Virus record (IMG/VR): IMGVR_UViG_3300044580_000017
Coordinates: 1-24,411 of that record
Source: a virus
Taxonomy: Duplodnaviria; Caudoviricetes
Length of the DNA: 24,411 nt
Reading direction: 5' to 3' (one strand)
Below, one piece after another: positions 24,357 through 24,411 of this stretch (the stretch's first letter is position 1; the number at the start of each line of letters is the position of its first letter). The translations under genes were made by a program, and so were the position numbers. Under the pieces are notes generated by a model that saw nothing but the letters and a program-made list of their open reading frames with translations, searched no databases and was not told where the DNA came from.

Positions 24357-24411
24357 GTGCGCTCGGTGCGCTCGGTGCGCTCGGTGCGCTCGGTGCGCTC
24401 GGTGCGCTCGG
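24357..24411 (+). repeat. Tandem repeat (GTGCGCTCG)x6+, runs off the window end
   Basis: Six exact 9-bp units from 24357 to 24410. Confidence 0.95.

Noticed and set aside
24357-24411. CRISPR array
   Set aside because: The 9-bp units are contiguous with no spacers, and there are no cas genes.
1-24411. Genome-wide TAG recoding, diversity-generating retroelement, tRNA genes, integrase
   Set aside because: Genes are full-length under the standard code. I recognised no reverse transcriptase, adenine-specific repeat pair, tRNA cloverleaf or integrase in this window.

Overview
This GC-rich window (roughly 60-65% by eye) holds an almost complete late-gene region of a long-tailed (siphovirus-like) phage or prophage, transcribed on the minus strand. 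From right to left it encodes: two micro-ORFs, a hexapeptide-repeat O-acetyltransferase, terminase large subunit, SPP1-type portal, minor capsid protein, scaffold, major capsid, a GT4-like glycosyltransferase with extra N- and C-terminal domains, two fibre or decoration-like proteins, head-tail connectors, tail tube, tail assembly chaperone pair, tape measure, Dit, two lectin-like tail proteins, Tal, and a lysis cassette (Amidase_2 plus four membrane proteins). To the right are a non-coding control region and one plus-strand gene flanked by inverted repeats. There are three strongest leads. (1) A candidate virion-glycosylation system: the glycosyltransferase lies directly after the capsid gene, an acetyltransferase overlaps terL, and both capsid and tail tube end in -DTP. 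(2) CsoR-operator-like palindromes ATACCCC-N3-GGGGTAT sit in front of both the packaging and capsid transcription units. (3) A repeat-bounded plus-strand gene cassette has a terminator loop carrying the same motif as the flanking repeats. All product calls come from motif recognition and synteny by eye; no searches were run.
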